Part shown: piece by piece, positions 12,071 through 26,648 of the stretch
How positions within the stretch are numbered: position 1 is the stretch's first letter
Layout of the letters: every line of letters starts with the position of its first letter
Assembly (NCBI RefSeq): GCF_009914755.1
Contig: NC_060925.1
From: the human T2T-CHM13v2.0 reference genome, Homo sapiens
Strand: one strand, 5' to 3'
DNA: 64,000 nt
Program-made: the position numbers and the translations under genes
The notes under the pieces: model-generated
What the model was told of the DNA's origin: nothing
The model's input: the letters and a program-made list of their open reading frames with translations, nothing else
The model's database searches: none

Positions 12071-14350
12071 GAGTATAGTTCTCTAAAGGGTAAAAATTAG
12101 ATGGCATATTAAATTAATAAAAATTATTCGAATTCATCTTTATTTGATCTATTGACAATTTGATGTGGGTTTCTGTGGTGGTAGTGAAACCAAAAACCAT
12201 TTAAATTTTGTTTGCTTTTATTTTACTGAAACAAAAATGGTCTAATTGAAAGGCTTTCAGCTGCAGAAGAGCAGGAATCCATTGTGTTGTTTTCCCCAAA
12301 CCCTGTTGCACAGTTAGAGTTGAACCACAGATTGGTAGAGCAGACATAAAACACATAGCCACATTTATAGAAATTTATATAGACTTTTTGTAGAACCAGT
12401 TGTTTGTTAAATATATTTGAAAATCATTGACTTAGCATATTGATAATGCAGAAGTCTATGGTTAGCATTATCAGTAGGTAATATTGAATATGATGCACTA
12501 TATAAGCTTAGAAAGCTTACAGAAGTATTTTTCACCCTGTCATATCAGGATGTAAGTTATTACCCTTTCTTGATAATTGAAACTAAGGCTCCATAATACA
12601 AAATGACCTACACAGGTCACACAAGTAAAAAATGGTGGATTCAAACTTTCTTCATCCTTTAAGTCCATTCTTTTTGTTTGTTTTTTGACTTTTGGGTTCA
12701 GAGGGTACTTGTGCAGGTTTGTTACATGGGTATATTGTGTGTCACTGAGGTTTGGTGTATAAATGATCCTGTCACCCAGTTAGTGAGCAGAGTACCCACT
12801 GGTTTTTCAACCGTCACCCCTCTCCCACCCTCCCCACTCTGGTAATGCTCAGTGTCGATTGTTCCCATCTTTGTGTCTAGGTGTATTCAATGTTTACCTC
12901 CCACTTACAAGTGAGAACATGCAGTATTTGGTTTTCTGTTCCTGGATTAATTCACTTAATGGTCTCCAGCTGCATTCATGTTGCTGCCAAGGGCATAATT
13001 TCACTGTTTTTTAAAAATCACTGTGTAGTATTCCATAGCATATATGTACCACATTTTCTTTATCCAATCCACTGTTGACAGGCACGTAGGTTGATTCCAT
13101 GTCTTTGCTATAGTGTATACTGCTGGGATGAACATACATGTGTCTTTTTGGTAGAACAATTTATTTTCCTTTGGGTATATGCTCAGTAATGGGATTGCTG
13201 GGTTCAGTGGTAGTTCTGTTTCAAGATCTTTGAGAAATCTCCAAGCTGCTTTCCACAGTGGCTGAACTTACATTCCTACCAAGTGTATAAGCATTCCCTT
13301 TTCTCTGCAACCTTGCCAACATCTGTTATTTTTTGACTTAGCCATTCTGACTGGTGTGAGATGGTATCTCATTGCAATTTTGATTTGCATTTCTCTGGCA
13401 ATTAGTGATATTGGCCGTTTTTCAAATGCTTGTTGGCCATGTGTATTTCTTCTCTTGAGAAGTGTCTGTTCATGTCCTTTGCCCACTTTTTAATGGGGTT
13501 GTTTTTTGCCTGTAAATTTAAGTTTCTTATAGATTCTAGATATTAGACCTTTTTCAGATACACAGTTTGAAAATATTTTCTCCCATTCTCTAGGAATGTT
13601 GGTTTATTCTGCTGATAGTTTCTTTTGCTCTGCAGAAGCTCTCTAATTAGGTCCTGTTTGTCAGTTTTTGTTTTTGTTGCAACTGCTTTTGGAGTCTTCA
13701 TCATGAAGTCTTTGCCAGGGCCTGTGTCCAGAATGGTATATCCTAGGTTATCTTTCAGGGTTTTTATAGTTTTAGGTTTTGCATTTAAGTCTTTAATCCA
13801 TCTTGAGTTGATTTTTGTATACAGTGTAAGGAAGGGGTCCAGTTTTAATCTTCTGTATATGGCTATCCAGTTATCCTAGCAGCATATTGAATAGGGAGCC
13901 TTTTCCCCATTGCTTGTTTTTGTCAGCTTTGTCAAAGATCAGATGGTAGTAGGTGTGAGGCATTATTTCTGGGCTCTCTATACTGTTCCATTGGTTCTAT
14001 CCTGTTCCATTGGTATCTGTTTTTGTACCAGTACCATGCTATTTTTTGGTTACTGTAGTCTTGTAGTATAGTTTGAAGTCAGGTAGTGTGATGCCTTCAG
14101 CTTTGTTCTTTTTACTTAGAATTGCTTTAGCTATTTGGGCTTTTGTTGTTGTTGTTGTTGTTGTTGTTCCCATATGAATTTTCTAATGGTTTTTTCTAAT
14201 TCTTTGAAGAATGTCATTGGTAGTTTGATAAGAATAGCATTGAATCTGTAGGTTGGTTTGGACAATATGGACATTTAACAGTATTGATTCTTCCAATCCA
14301 TGAGCATGGAATGCTTTTCCATTTGTTTGTGTCATCTCTGATTACTTTGA

Positions 14351-14686
<336 letters not shown>

Positions 14687-17600
14687 TTGTAATTCTCATA
14701 GTAGAGATCTTTTACCTCCTTGATTAGCTGTATCCCTAGATATTTTTTTCTTTTTGTGGCTATTGTAAATGGAATTGTGTTCTTGATTTGGCTCTCAGTT
14801 TGAGTGTTATTGGTGTATAGAAATGCTGTTGATTTTTGTACATTGATTTTGTATCCTGAGACTTTGCTGAAGTTGTTTATCAGATCTAGGAGCTTTGGGT
14901 CAGAGACTATGGGGTTTTCTAGACATAACATCATATAGTCTGAAGAGAGATGGTTTGACTTCCTCTTTCTATTTGAATGCCTTTTATTTCTTTCTCGTGT
15001 CTGATTGCTCTGGCTGGGACCTCCAGTAAGTATTATGTTGAATAGGAGTGGTTAGAGTGGGCATCCTTGTCCTGTTCCAGTTCTGTAAGGGAATACTTCC
15101 AACTTTTGCCCATTTAGAATGATGTTGCTGTGGGTTTGCCATAGATGACTCTTACTATTTTGAGATATGTTCTTTCAGTGCCTAATTTGTTGAGGGCTTT
15201 TAACATGAAAGGATGTTGAATTTTATCAAAAGCCTTTTTTGCATCTTTTGAGATGATCATATGGTTTTCTGTTTTTAATTTTGTTTATGTGGTGAATCAC
15301 ATTTATTGATTTGCATCTGGTGAACCAACCTTGCATCTCAGGAATAAAGTCTACTTGATTGTGGTGAATTAACTTTCTGATATGCTGCTGGATTCAGTTA
15401 GCTAATATTTTGTTGAGAATTTTTGTGTCTGTTCATCAGGTATATTGACCTGTAGTTCTGTTTTTTCATTGTATCTCTGCTAGTTTTTGGAATCAGAATG
15501 ATGTTGGCTTCATGGAATGAGTTAGGGAGGAGTCTTTTCTTTCTCGATTTTTCGGAATATTTTCAGTAGGATTGGTACTAGCTCTTTTTCGTACATATGG
15601 TAGAATTCAACTGTGAAATCCACCTATTTCAAGGCTTTTTTGGGTTGGTAGGTTGTTTATTACTGATTCAGTTTTGGAACTCATTATTGGTCTTTTTAGG
15701 GATTCAGTTTCTTCCTCATTCAATCTTCAGAGGTTGTGTTTCCAGGAATTTATCCATTTCTTTTAGGTTTTCTAGTTTGTGTGCATATAAGTGTTAGTCT
15801 CTGAGGATTTTTTGTATTTCTTTGGAGTCAGTTGTATGTCACCTTTGTAATTTCTGATTGTGATTATTTGGATCTTTTCTCTTGTTTTATTTGTTAATCT
15901 AGCTACCAGTCTATCGATCTTGTTTTTTCTTTCAAAGAACCAACTTTTGGTTCATTGCTTTTTTGTATGCATTTTCACATCTCAATTTCATTCACTTCTG
16001 CTCTGATTTTGGTTATTTCTTTTTTTCTGCTAGCTTTGGGGTTGGTTTCCTTTTGTTTTGTTTTTCTAGTTCCTCAAGGTATGATGTTAGGTTGTTAATT
16101 TGAGCTCTTTCTAACTTCTTGACATAGGTATTGAGTCTGATATGTTGTGTCTCTGTTTTCCTTAGTTTTAAATCATTTTTTGATTTGTGTCATAATTTCA
16201 TTCTTTACCCAAAAGTCATTTGGAAGAAAGTTGTTTAAGTTCCATATAATTGTGTGGTTTTGAGAAAACTTCTTGGTATTGATTTCTAGTTTTATTGTAC
16301 TGTAGTCTGAGGCTATGGTTGGTATGATTTCAATTTTTTTGAATATGTTGGCACTTGCTTTATGCCCAAGCATGTGGTTGATCTTAGAGAATGTGCCTTG
16401 TGCCAATGAAAAGAATGTATATTCTTGTGTTGTTGAATGAAGTATTCTGTAGATGTCTGTTGGGTCTAGTTTGTCAAATGTTGAGTTTAAGTCCAGAACA
16501 TTTTTGTTAGTTTTCTGCCTCAGTGATCTGCCTGACACTATCAGTGGGGTGTTGAAGTCTTCCATTATGTAGTTATCTAAGTCTCTTTGTAGGTCTCTAA
16601 GAACTTGTTTTCCTAATCTAGATGCTCCAATGTTGGGTGCATGTATCTTTAGGATAGTTAAGTCTTCTGGATGAATTGAACCCTTTATCATTATGTAATG
16701 CCCTTCTTTGTCCTTTTTGACCATTGTTATAGTCTGTTGTATCTAATATAAGACTAGCAACCTTTGTTCTTTTTTGTTTTCCATTTGCTTGATAAATCTT
16801 GCTCCTTACCTTTACTTTGCACCTAGTATGTTGTTACATGTGAGATGGTTCTCTTGAAGATAGCAGACAGTTGGGTCTTGCTTCTTTGGCCAGCTTATCA
16901 CTTTGCCTTTTTTGCCTGTTTACATTCAAGGTTACTATTGATGTGTGAGGATTTAATCCTGTCATCATGTTGTTAGCTGCTTGTTATGTAGACTTCATTG
17001 TATAGTTGCTTTATAGTGTCAGTGGACTATATACTTAAGTGTGTTTTTGTGGTGGCAGTTATTTTTCTTTCATTTCCACATGTAGCACTCCTTAAAGGAC
17101 CTCTTGTAAGGCAAGTCTGATGATAGTGAATTCCTTAGTCTTTGCTTGTCTGAAAAGGATTTTCTGTTTCCTTCACTTATGAAGCTTAGTTTGGTGGGAC
17201 ATGAAATTCTTAGTTGGAATTTCTTTTCTTTAAGGATGCTAAAAATAGGCCCCCAGCCTCTTCTGGCTTGTTAGGCTTCTACTGAAAGGTCCACTGTTAA
17301 CCTGATGAGGTTCCCTTTACTGCCCCTTTTCTCAAGCTCCATTTAAGATTTTTTTCTTTTGCATTGACCTTGGAGAATGTGATGATTAAGTGTCTTGGGG
17401 ATGCTCATCTTGTATAGTATCTTGTGGGGAGTCTGAATTTCTTGAGTTTGCACATCAACTTCTGTAGCAAGATTGGGATAATTTTTGTGGATCGTATCCT
17501 CAAATATGTTTTCCAAGTTGCTTACTCTGTCTCCTTTTCTTGCAGTAACACCAGTGAGTCATAGGTTTAGTCTCTTTACATAATCCCATATTTATCAAAG

Positions 17601-17698
17601 GTTTTGCTCATTTTTAAAATTTTTTTCTTTAATGTTTGTCTCTGTTAATTTGAAGGAGTGCTCTTCGAGTTCTGAGATTCTTTCCTTGGTTTGGTCTA

Positions 17699-18049
<351 letters not shown>

Positions 18050-19976
18050 GAAATTTCTAGAGTGAATTTTTAAATTCCAGAGGTTCAGTTTGGTTCTTTC
18101 TTAAAATGGCTGTGTTATCTTTCAACTCTTGGATTGTTTTACTGTTTTCCTTAAACTGGGTTTCACTTTTTCCTGTATCTCACTGAGCTTCCTTGCTATT
18201 CAGATTCTAAATCCAAAGTCTGTCATTTCAGTCTGGTTAAGAACCATTGCTGGGAACCTATTGTAGTTGTCTGGAGGTAAGAAGACACTGTGGTTTTTAG
18301 AGTTGCTAGAGTTCTTGCATTGGTTCTTTCTCATCTGTGAGGGCTGATATTCCTTTATCCTTTGAAGTTGCTGACTTTTGGATGGTGCTTTTTGTTTTTA
18401 TGTTTTTGATTTCCCTTCAGGGTTTGACTGTGGTATAAGTTGGGTATAGTCAATTGGCTTCCTTTCTGGATGTCTTCAGAGAACCAAGGTTCAGCTTGGC
18501 ACTCCTGGGCTGTGTCCTGTAACTCCCAAGGGGCTGGGACTGGGCCCCTGGCTTTTTCCTCTGGCCTCTTGAGGTCGACCACCGGCTGCACTGGGTGGAC
18601 CAAGGTGCTCCCAGGCTGCTGGCAAAACCTCTCCATCAGGCTACTGGCAAAAGCACTTCCTCAGGGGCCACTGTTGAAAGTGTTCTGGCAGGATGGTGGG
18701 GGCCACTGGTAAAAGCACTATGGTGACAGTCGCCCGCAAAAGCATTCCAACAGAATAGTGGAAGCTACACTGTGTGCCTGCTCCCATGGGAGTGGCCAAA
18801 CAGGGACCTTGGAAGGGGCCAGTAGACAGTGGGACATGCAGCTCAGACTCACCCCAGTCCCATGGGAAACACAGCCCTGCTCTCTCCAAATATGGCAGTT
18901 AGCAAAGGTCAGAGCCACCTAGAGGAGTATGAAGAGCCTTGGTGGGTGGGCGCCTATGGCCGTGTTCCTTTGCAGCTTTCCCCACACCATACCCCCTGGG
19001 CTCCATGTAGACCTAAGTTCTGTCTCTGCCAGCTCTCCAGGCAGTTCCCCCTGGCAACTCAAATATCCAGGAGGACTATGGGATCTCCTGCCACTAGGAT
19101 CCCAGCGGTTTGTGGTGAGAGTGGGCCATTCCACAGTTACTTTACTCACCCCTTCCTTAGGAGCTGTTCAGGACCAGGAATGAGTCCCAGCACTCCACAG
19201 CCCTGTGCAGGGTTCCTAGCTTCTTCGCTCTTCAACCCTGGTTCTGCATCATCTCTCCACCCACTCTCAGAAAATCGGTGATTTTCTCTCAGTGCATCCT
19301 CTCAGAAGATAGGCTTGGAGTATGCTGGTCTACTAGATACTCAGATCTCTCTTGGTGGGAGAAGCTCTTCCTGGCTTTGCCTAGTTGGCCATCTTGTCCC
19401 AATCCCGAGGGCATTTTTTTAAAATATTGTTGGAGTGGGCTTTGTTCTCTCATAGTTTTTATTGTTTCAAATATATATGCAACACTAATAGCAGTATTTA
19501 GTACCATTTTTAGCAACCTCCATAAAGGACATGAAATGTCATAGAGCGAAAATTATTTTTTGCCTTGTCAGGTTAGTGTCTGGGGCAGAATGAAAGAAAC
19601 AGATCAGGCTTTGTCTAGACTAAGCCTTTCAGGATTCACCTCATTGCTATACATTTTCTTTAAATGTAATTTAGGGTATTAAGACTCTTTTTTTTTCAAT
19701 CTCAGATTCCAAGATGAATCTAGACAATATATACATATACCAGCTTAAAGGTTCAATTTCTTTTACTGTATTAGTGAGTATTTCTGTGCAACAAGTCAAC
19801 CAGACGTGTATAAATATTTGTTTCTATACTTGCAAGAATTAGAATAGTGGCAAATTTGTAAGTAGAACCTGTGAAAGTTTTAGTAGAAAACTCTGACTCA
19901 AATGCAAAATATCTTAAACCACATTCAGGCAACTTAAAAAGAAATGAAACTTTTACTTTACTTAAATACAAGTTTC

Positions 19977-20273
19977 TTTTTTTTTCTTTGAGACAGGGTT
20001 TCACTCTTGTTGCCCAGCCTGGACAGTGCAATGGTGCGATCTTGGCTCACTGCAACCTCTGCCTCCCGGGTTCAAGCCATTCTCCTGCCTCAGCCTCCTG
20101 AGTAGCTGGGATTACAGGCACCCACCACAGGCCCAGCTAATTTTTGTATTTTCAGTAGAGATGGAGTTTCACAATGTTGGCCAGGCTGGTCTTAAACTCC
20201 TGACCTCAGGTGATCTGCCTGCCTCAGCCTCCCAAAGTGCTGGGATTATAGGCGTGAGCCACCGCACCCGGCC
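19977..20273 (-). mobile_element. AluS (Sq/Sp-like)
   Basis: Full dimer; TSD aaatacaagtttc (19964) / aaatatgagtttc (20274). Confidence 0.9.
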
Positions 20274-21068
20274 AAATATGAGTTTCTTATAATCAGACCT
20301 GAAAATTTATACTTTAAGCACTTGAGCATTTGTGTTGTATTTGATTTGTAATTCAGTTATGAGTACATTGTCCAACATAATTTTTTTATTCAGAAGCTGA
20401 CACTTGTAAGGTATTTATGTTTTTGCATATAATAGGTTTCAGAGAGAGGTTGCTAAACTGTGAGAGCTGTCTTAAGGACAGAAAAGACCACTGACATATG
20501 AATACCTCTCCCAGTATTTTGGAAAACTGGTTTTGAGGATTTGTTTTAACATAGTGAAACTCTAATAAGGAATTTTGTTTTTCTGTACTTATTTTAATCA
20601 TGATTTTACAAATAAATTCTTAGTAATGTTTGTTATAAAATTATTTTTGCTGATTTTAAAAATATGCACCTAGGAATTTTTGTAATATATAATGAGAAAA
20701 TAAATAATGGCAAACAAGTGTATCTGGAATCTCACCCTACCAGAGTCATACTTACTCTTGCTCTCATTTATTCATTCAGTAAACGTCTACTGAGCCCCCT
20801 GTGTTAGACAAGAAAGATATTGTCTCTACCCCTTCTCCTGTATAGATGTCATTTTACTAGAAAGAGTATTAACTCATTTTGGTGATTTTCTCTCAAAAAT
20901 GTTCTAGCATGTTAATTATTCATAAACTATTGAAGCTCCTTATATCAAGTTCCTTTTAAAAGATACTTAAGTAGAAAGATTGGGCTTGCCTAAATAACAA
21001 GGAAAGATAAGAAATACTCCTTTGAAAAACAACTTTTAAACTCAGTTTTTAATGCTTATATTTTTTAG

Positions 21069-21098
21069 GTTCCTACAAACTTGATGACTTTTGAGTAG
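21069..21098 (+). CDS. RALGPS2: RALGPS2 last exon, coding part (VPTNLMTFE*)
   Basis: Acceptor ttttttAG at 21067-21068; GTT CCT ACA AAC TTG ATG ACT TTT GAG TAG matches the recalled RALGPS2 C-terminus. Confidence 0.95.
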   Translation, partial: VPTNLMTFE

Positions 21099-24000
21099 AA
21101 GCCTGAGAAAAAAAGAGAGGTGAACTGTTGCTTCTACGTGAGCATGAGGACCTGATAAAAGAGCGCCAGCTATAAACCATCCTGTGCCAGGAAGAGCCCA
21201 GAGGCTCTGTCTCAGTCGTTGGAGTTCTCAACCAAAAAAGCACTAATTTCAGGGAATGATTTGAGATATTCCCAGAGAACAAATTGGAGTTGCAAAACAA
21301 ACTGCCATGAACCATGCTTCTTATCTCAGAACTGACCTGTGGAAACCACTGCCTTAAAAGAATGAAAGGAAAACCAACATGAAACACCAAATAGTGTGTG
21401 TGAATCTTCTGGCGGTGCTGTGCTTGGAATAGATCGTAGCTAATTTGCATTTCTTTTAACTTTGTAATAATTTTAGAGGGGGGAATTGCCTTTTTTAGAT
21501 ATGCTTTAAAAAGGAAAAACATACTCTTGTGGATTCCATCAGGAGCTGGTTTTGAACCGAGGTGAAGAGACTTAGCAGGGATTGTACCAGCAGCCCACCT
21601 GCAAGGTTTGTTCTCCCTCTAGTAGTCTGCAACCTCACTGGCTTTCTCACAGCAAGAGTGTAGGAATGAGAAATGTTAGTCATGTGAGTTCTTGGGTTTG
21701 TTTGGGATTGGGTGGGGGTGTTTGTTTTGTTTTGGATGAGGGGAGAATTTTTTTAAACACTAAACTTCTGAAATGTAGTACTGTAAGGGGAACATTATTT
21801 CCTGCAGGAGGTACAAAGGCTGTGTGTTCATTTGCCAGACGCTTTTTTTTTAAATAGGTTCCAGAAAACATGGTTGTTTCTAACTAGGGTTAAAGTTTAG
21901 CTTTCTATATGAATTCATTGTTGGACCACAGATCTGCTTAAGTAAAGAGCTATAATCCCAACCTAAACTTTTCTGAGATTTTACAATAATTAGATCTTTT
22001 TCCAAGTTAATTGGGTTTTCCCTTCTCCCAGTCATAGGTGGTTTTTATCATCAAGACAGACTGATATTTTGTCAGGATATTTTCTTTTACAGTGTTTGAT
22101 GTGCATAATGCCAGAGTTATTTTTTTATTATTCATTTTCTCTCTTTTTGTTCAATATGAGATTCAGGATCATATTTGTTTAAAAGGTAACACATAGAGAT
22201 GTATGTATATATTTTGTTATAAGACATACAAAATAATTTTAAGAGGGATAAAGGTGAAAATATCAGATTCTGGAAATTTTAAGTATCTAAACTTTATACT
22301 TGTATGATTTACCATAAACATACCAAAACATTTTTCTGAAAATTTACTGTCGGTCTCTGACATGAAACCGTATTTTGTCAGTAGTTGACCAAGCAGTTTT
22401 ATGAGAACTCTTCTATGCAATGATGCATTTAATTTCTAAAGTAAATGTTGAATTATTAAAAAAAAAGTTTGAAGGTAAGATGCCTTAGAATTTTAATGAA
22501 AAATGACACTCAAACAAAGGCTATATGTCGAATGTTATAAACTCTTGAGACATAATGAATTTTAGCAGTGGCCTAGAGTAAGGTAATGCTTTGTGACTGA
22601 TATCTACTAATAGACTTCTGTTACTTTGGGCCTCACATAAAATTTCTCACATTCGTATTCTTAGAGAATTTTATACTTTTTTATTATAAGTATTTTGCCC
22701 TTGAGTCCATGAAACTTCAATAGAAAATATTGCTTATACAATAATTAGCTTAAAATCCATCCAAAGGAAAAGAGAAGAGCTTTTTTTGAGTGTTAAGTTT
22801 TTTAATTTAGTATTCTGTTTGGAAAAGATGTTAAGAGTTCAAATATGCTTCTTATGTAACAGAAATACCATTATTTCTGGGGTTTAGTGACACAGGCTGG
22901 AGAGGACAAAAGTTTCCTGTCCTGAATGATTTTTCAATTAATGCTCTAAGCTTAACCCATGTTGGGTAATAGAAAGACATAGCCAGCAGTATTACTACGT
23001 AGACCTTGCACATCTTACTTTTGTTTTGCATTTTTAAAAATTTCTTAATTTGTTTATTTCTCTTCAGAAATAGCGTTTTTAACAGTGTATGTGCTTTTTT
23101 AAAAAGTATTGTGAATGAGAACCCTGTGGATTTTTTTTATTTCATTTGTTTGTCATAATAAGCTAACGTAGAAATGTTGTAGGTTAACCATATCTGTGGA
23201 AATATGCAGTTGGAAGTCAGAGCCTGACATCACATAGTTTTGCCAAAGGGAGAGAGCTAAGCTGGAAGATGTTTTTGATACTTTCGGCTCTAAACATTAA
23301 TGGATGTTTGCGTAGAGTAAGATAGCGTTCAAATTTGGTTAATAGTTTATAGATAGACTTGTGGCCTCTGACTGACTAAATTTCTTAACAGCACAGAAGT
23401 CGTTGTTTTTCTGTCTTTAAAATTTATTCATTCAGAAAATTAGTCATTGCTTTTTAAGATTATTTTAGCATTTGAAGCAAATTGAAAACAGAAAAGTGAC
23501 TTAAAATAGTGTAGGTGAATTTTTTATCTATAATTTACCAAATAATACCTGATAATAATTCAAAGAAAATATGTTACCAAAATATATTAAATATATAGGT
23601 AGTTCATTCGTGGGAAGATGAATCTTCTTATTAAGCCTGCCCTCAATTGTAAATAAGTGACTCAAAAACTCAAAATGTTCATCAGCATTCAGGTCATTTG
23701 TTTCACCCTTAGCCAAGAAGAACTCATTAGAAATTCAGTTATAATTTCAATTTAAGCCTGTTTATGAAAAGCATAATGATTGGCATGTTATATAGCCTGT
23801 TGAAAATAACTACAGAATGACCTTCCAGAGCACTGTTTTTGGCCTCGTGCCCGCTCTGTTCAGGCTCTGCTTGTTTTTCAGAATATGATTTTTACCTCCA
23901 GACAGTAAGAATTGAACAAGAACTGATCAAACACACCTTCCTATTTTGTTTTCTTCACTATGTAAATATTATTTGGGCAAACATTACAAAAAGGGATCCA

Positions 24001-26585
24001 AACAATTTGAGTTTCAGTATTTTTTTCTCCCTAGGCATGTGCTTCAATTTCAAATATTTTTTTCTGTGTGGAAAATGCCATGTAACTATTGCACTACCTT
24101 CTGTGTGGACTGTGTTGGTATTGGTTCTTTCTGTATATCAAAAGTCAGGGTGTTTATAACTGCAAAGTTTGTATAAGTGGCTTTATTCCTCTTCTAGAAG
24201 ATTTATGAGGAGCCTAGGAAGCACTATTGGTACAGGAGGAAAAAAGAATGGAAAACATGTTTACAGACTCTAGCTTTCCTTATTAGCTTAAACTGGGGCC
24301 CTCAAAGAGCAGCCTGTTGATCTTTTGGCCAAATGACTTGAGCATAAGTCTTTTATTTCTTTTTAAGGTTAAATCGTAAACTGTATACCTTTACTACTGA
24401 AAACAAAACTATAGGGCATCATACTAATTGAAAATCAATAGTAATGGGTTCCATCCATTAGCTTTTTAAATGAATAGATCTGGTATTGATTTCCTTCCTG
24501 TTTTTTTGAGGCACATTCCTTTACAACCAGTGTTTAAACCACCACGTAATCATCTTCTGCAAACAAGGGGTGCCAGTGTTGCCTAACAGAAGATAATCTT
24601 TAATAAAGCAAATCCTCTGCTTCAAAGGTTTTTGAAATAATTGGATCCCTTTTTGAAAAGGAAGATGAGTTTAACTGTGTCCAGGTGGAGTAATAGTACT
24701 GCTGTTGCATGAATAGATGATACAAAGCAAGTGATGAGGTTGGTATGACTTCTTTAGTGACCTTTTAGGGTTTGCTTTTATTTTCCTCTCTTTTTTGTAT
24801 TATTTCTTTCAAACATAGTAAATATATGATTTTACAGCCAAAGTGGTATTCTGTTTTTTCTAAGCTTTGAGATACAAATATTGCTATTTAATCACATTGA
24901 TGATGAATTACTTTCCATGTGAACCTTCTCAAAATGATTTAAGTACCTTTGATTTTGCTCCCCTAAAAATGGCTTGTGTCTAAAGTGACATTTTTTTCCC
25001 TATTTGGAGGGTTCTAATGAAAGAGATCCAGGCATAAAAACTCTTTTGCTTATTGAAAGCAATTTGATTACACCTATGTTTCAGGTTATAGTGGGGAGAA
25101 AATTTGGTCAGTGCCTTATTATTTGAAGAGCAATTTTAGGGCATCAAGTATGACAATAATCATGTGCCCTCTTGCTCCTCTTATTTCAGGAGTGTGTGCT
25201 ATCCCTCTCTCCACCAGCTTAATCTTTCTCACCCCAAGTCTAACAAAGTCTTTACAGAAACCTCTGTAGGTGATTGTTGCAGTCTTCCTTGGTTTTTGAG
25301 TCTTTTTAAACAAGCTCCTACCCTGCTTCTATCCTTTTAGAGTAGGAGATTAAAAATAAACCCACCCCAGTCAACCTTTAGATAAGCACTCTTAAAAACA
25401 AATTTGAAGAGCACTCTTCAGCCAAGTTCATTTTTATTTTGTTGTTGATGTTTTGAGCATACATTTAATTGTAAGGCCTTTTGGAAAAGCCCTAAAAGAA
25501 TAAGATACAACCAGAAATATTTGAGTTTTGTTAAATGTACTGAAATCTTGTAATGAAAATCCCTTTGGCCAGAAATGAGATTTATTTCCATTTATTTTTA
25601 CATTTAAGTAACACTCAAAACAAACAAGTAGTCACTTAACCTGCCAGTTATTATTTTCTTGAAAATATACAAGAAAGTAAAAATATCTCTAATATATAAG
25701 TTAAAGGAAAGTTAAGAGACTAAGCTAGTTTTTTCAGTGAAAGCAAAGTTGGAAATATTTTGCTTCTCTCAGATTATTGGAAGACCTAGAGCTACTGGAT
25801 GTTAACCTGAATCAAGATGTTCTTTTCACATTTTTTTAAAGGGCTAGTATGTTCCAGAGTAGGCAAGTAGTCATTCAAGCCAAATGAAAGAGTTAACTGG
25901 TCCTTGAGGAGTGTTAGCAAAATTTAAATTTTGACCCTGGCCATTTGTACTACAGAAGTGATTATGGGATTAAAAGAATACATAATTACAGTGTTTTGGG
26001 ATTGGGCTCTTTTTTTTCTTAATAGAAAAGCAGAAACTTCATAAATAATAGCTGTGCTTTAGATACCAGATAACAAATATTGTTTCCCCTGAAGATATGA
26101 CCTACTAGAACTACTCACATATATAGTCCAATAATTACTGACTTAATAGGTATGGTAAAATAGCTGATAATAAGTCAGACTCTCAAGAGTTTCTGTACCT
26201 TGATTATTGACAAATTCATTGTTTTACATCCTACTAAAGAACATGTGTGTGGGGAGGGGGTGGGGAACTGGTTCACAACATAATCTGAAGGAGATCAAAC
26301 ATCTGTAAGGACAGGTACCCAGTGATGATAATATATCTGAAAACACAAGCCATTTTTATTCTTTATCCCAATTAACTTGAGGTACTCTAATGATGAAGCA
26401 CTCGATTGCACTATGACCTCCTTGAGTGATGTGCAGCTTGGTTCCTCTCTCACTTTTTGTTTCTTTTTAATATGCAAATGTGAGTGTGCGATCTTCAGTG
26501 TGTCTGCATAAGCTAACTTAAGATGAATTTAAGTACAGTTTTCTGAAATATTTCTATTGAAATAAATTACTTAAAATTATAGATT
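21099..26585 (+). other. RALGPS2: RALGPS2 long 3'UTR (3' end approximate)
   Basis: AU-rich unique sequence after the stop codon with no recognisable TE, ending at AATAAA 26561 followed by a GU/U-rich tract. Confidence 0.8.
26561..26566 (+). terminator. Likely major poly(A) signal AATAAA
   Basis: AATAAA followed ~30 nt later by GU/U-rich gatgtttttgttactgtatttgcattttt. Confidence 0.7.
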
Positions 26586-26642
26586 GGGTGAGGATGTTTT
26601 TGTTACTGTATTTGCATTTTTATCATGAACTTTTAAGGTGCA

Positions 26643-26648
26643 AATAAA
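26643..26648 (+). terminator. Second distal poly(A) signal AATAAA
   Basis: AATAAA with upstream TGTA and downstream U-rich gatttttttcccc. Confidence 0.45.

Noticed and set aside
16173-16724. 183-aa ORF
   Set aside because: L1 ORF2 endonuclease remnant in a mutated element
21073-21522. 149-aa antisense ORF over the last exon and UTR
   Set aside because: Non-ATG start, no recognisable domain; [14 protein letters not shown] chance
22455-22466. ATTAAA as a proximal poly(A) signal
   Set aside because: Merges into a genomic A-run; any apparent 3' end here could be oligo-dT internal priming
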